Assembly: GCA_017501225.1 (NCBI GenBank)
Contig: JAFVXH010000006.1
Coordinates: forward strand, 882 to 64,881
DNA from: Clostridia bacterium
GTDB lineage: Bacteria > Bacillota > Clostridia > Oscillospirales > CAG-272
DNA length: 64,000 bases
Reading direction: 5' to 3'
Shown here: in pieces, positions 63,881 to 64,000 of the stretch
Layout: each line of letters opens with the position of its first letter
Position numbering within the stretch: the first letter of the stretch is position 1
The notes under the pieces: generated by a model
Databases searched by the model: none
What the model was told of the DNA's origin: nothing
Seen by the model: only the letters and a program-made list of their open reading frames with translations
Made by a program: the position numbers and the translations under genes

Positions 63881-64000
63881 GAATTTTTCTCTTTGAGGAA
63901 CCGTTTGCCGTTTTTTTCTGTAAAATGTGCAAACGATGGCTGTTTTTGTGTATTTTGAAGGGTGCTTTTCAAGAGAAAATCATCCAAAAATCCTTGTTTT

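Overview
Chromosomal window from a Bacillota/Clostridia-type bacterium (inferred from RpoB/RpoC, DUF1292, a T-box riboswitch and sigmaA/sigmaK-type promoters; probably gut- or rumen-associated). It is mostly housekeeping and metabolic. Contents: mscS, an alanine/glycine symporter, pheA, a complete AraC-linked glucuronide locus (uxaC-uxuA-uxuB-eda-kdgK-GPH permease-GH2 beta-glucuronidase), birA, cysK, rpsT, rlmB, feoAB, a T-box-controlled orphan trpB, a YhaO/YhaN pair, hemW, a probable 6S RNA and rpoBC. No CRISPR array, rRNA, integrase or prophage was seen. The most unusual signal lies downstream of the three tRNA genes. tRNA-Leu(CAG) and tRNA-Ser(GGA) are each followed by two extra copies of their own 3' end, separated by highly palindromic spacers; one spacer is a branched AACATCAT/ATGATGT element and one unit can fold as an enlarged tRNA mimic. 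tRNA-Leu(CAA) is followed by a REP-associated tyrosine transposase (RAYT) that carries a perfect 27-bp inverted GTAG-REP pair inside its own ORF. Other candidates for undescribed biology: a DUF5685 (isoprenoid-synthase-like Asp motifs)/J-domain-TPR-Cys-tail/membrane-protein operon, a catalytically degenerate P1B-ATPase with a large disordered N-terminus, a tail-anchored FMN-class-like glucuronidase, an Antigen I/II-like stalk adhesin, and a non-canonical RpoC bridge helix. All family assignments come from recognising motifs by eye; no database searches were run.
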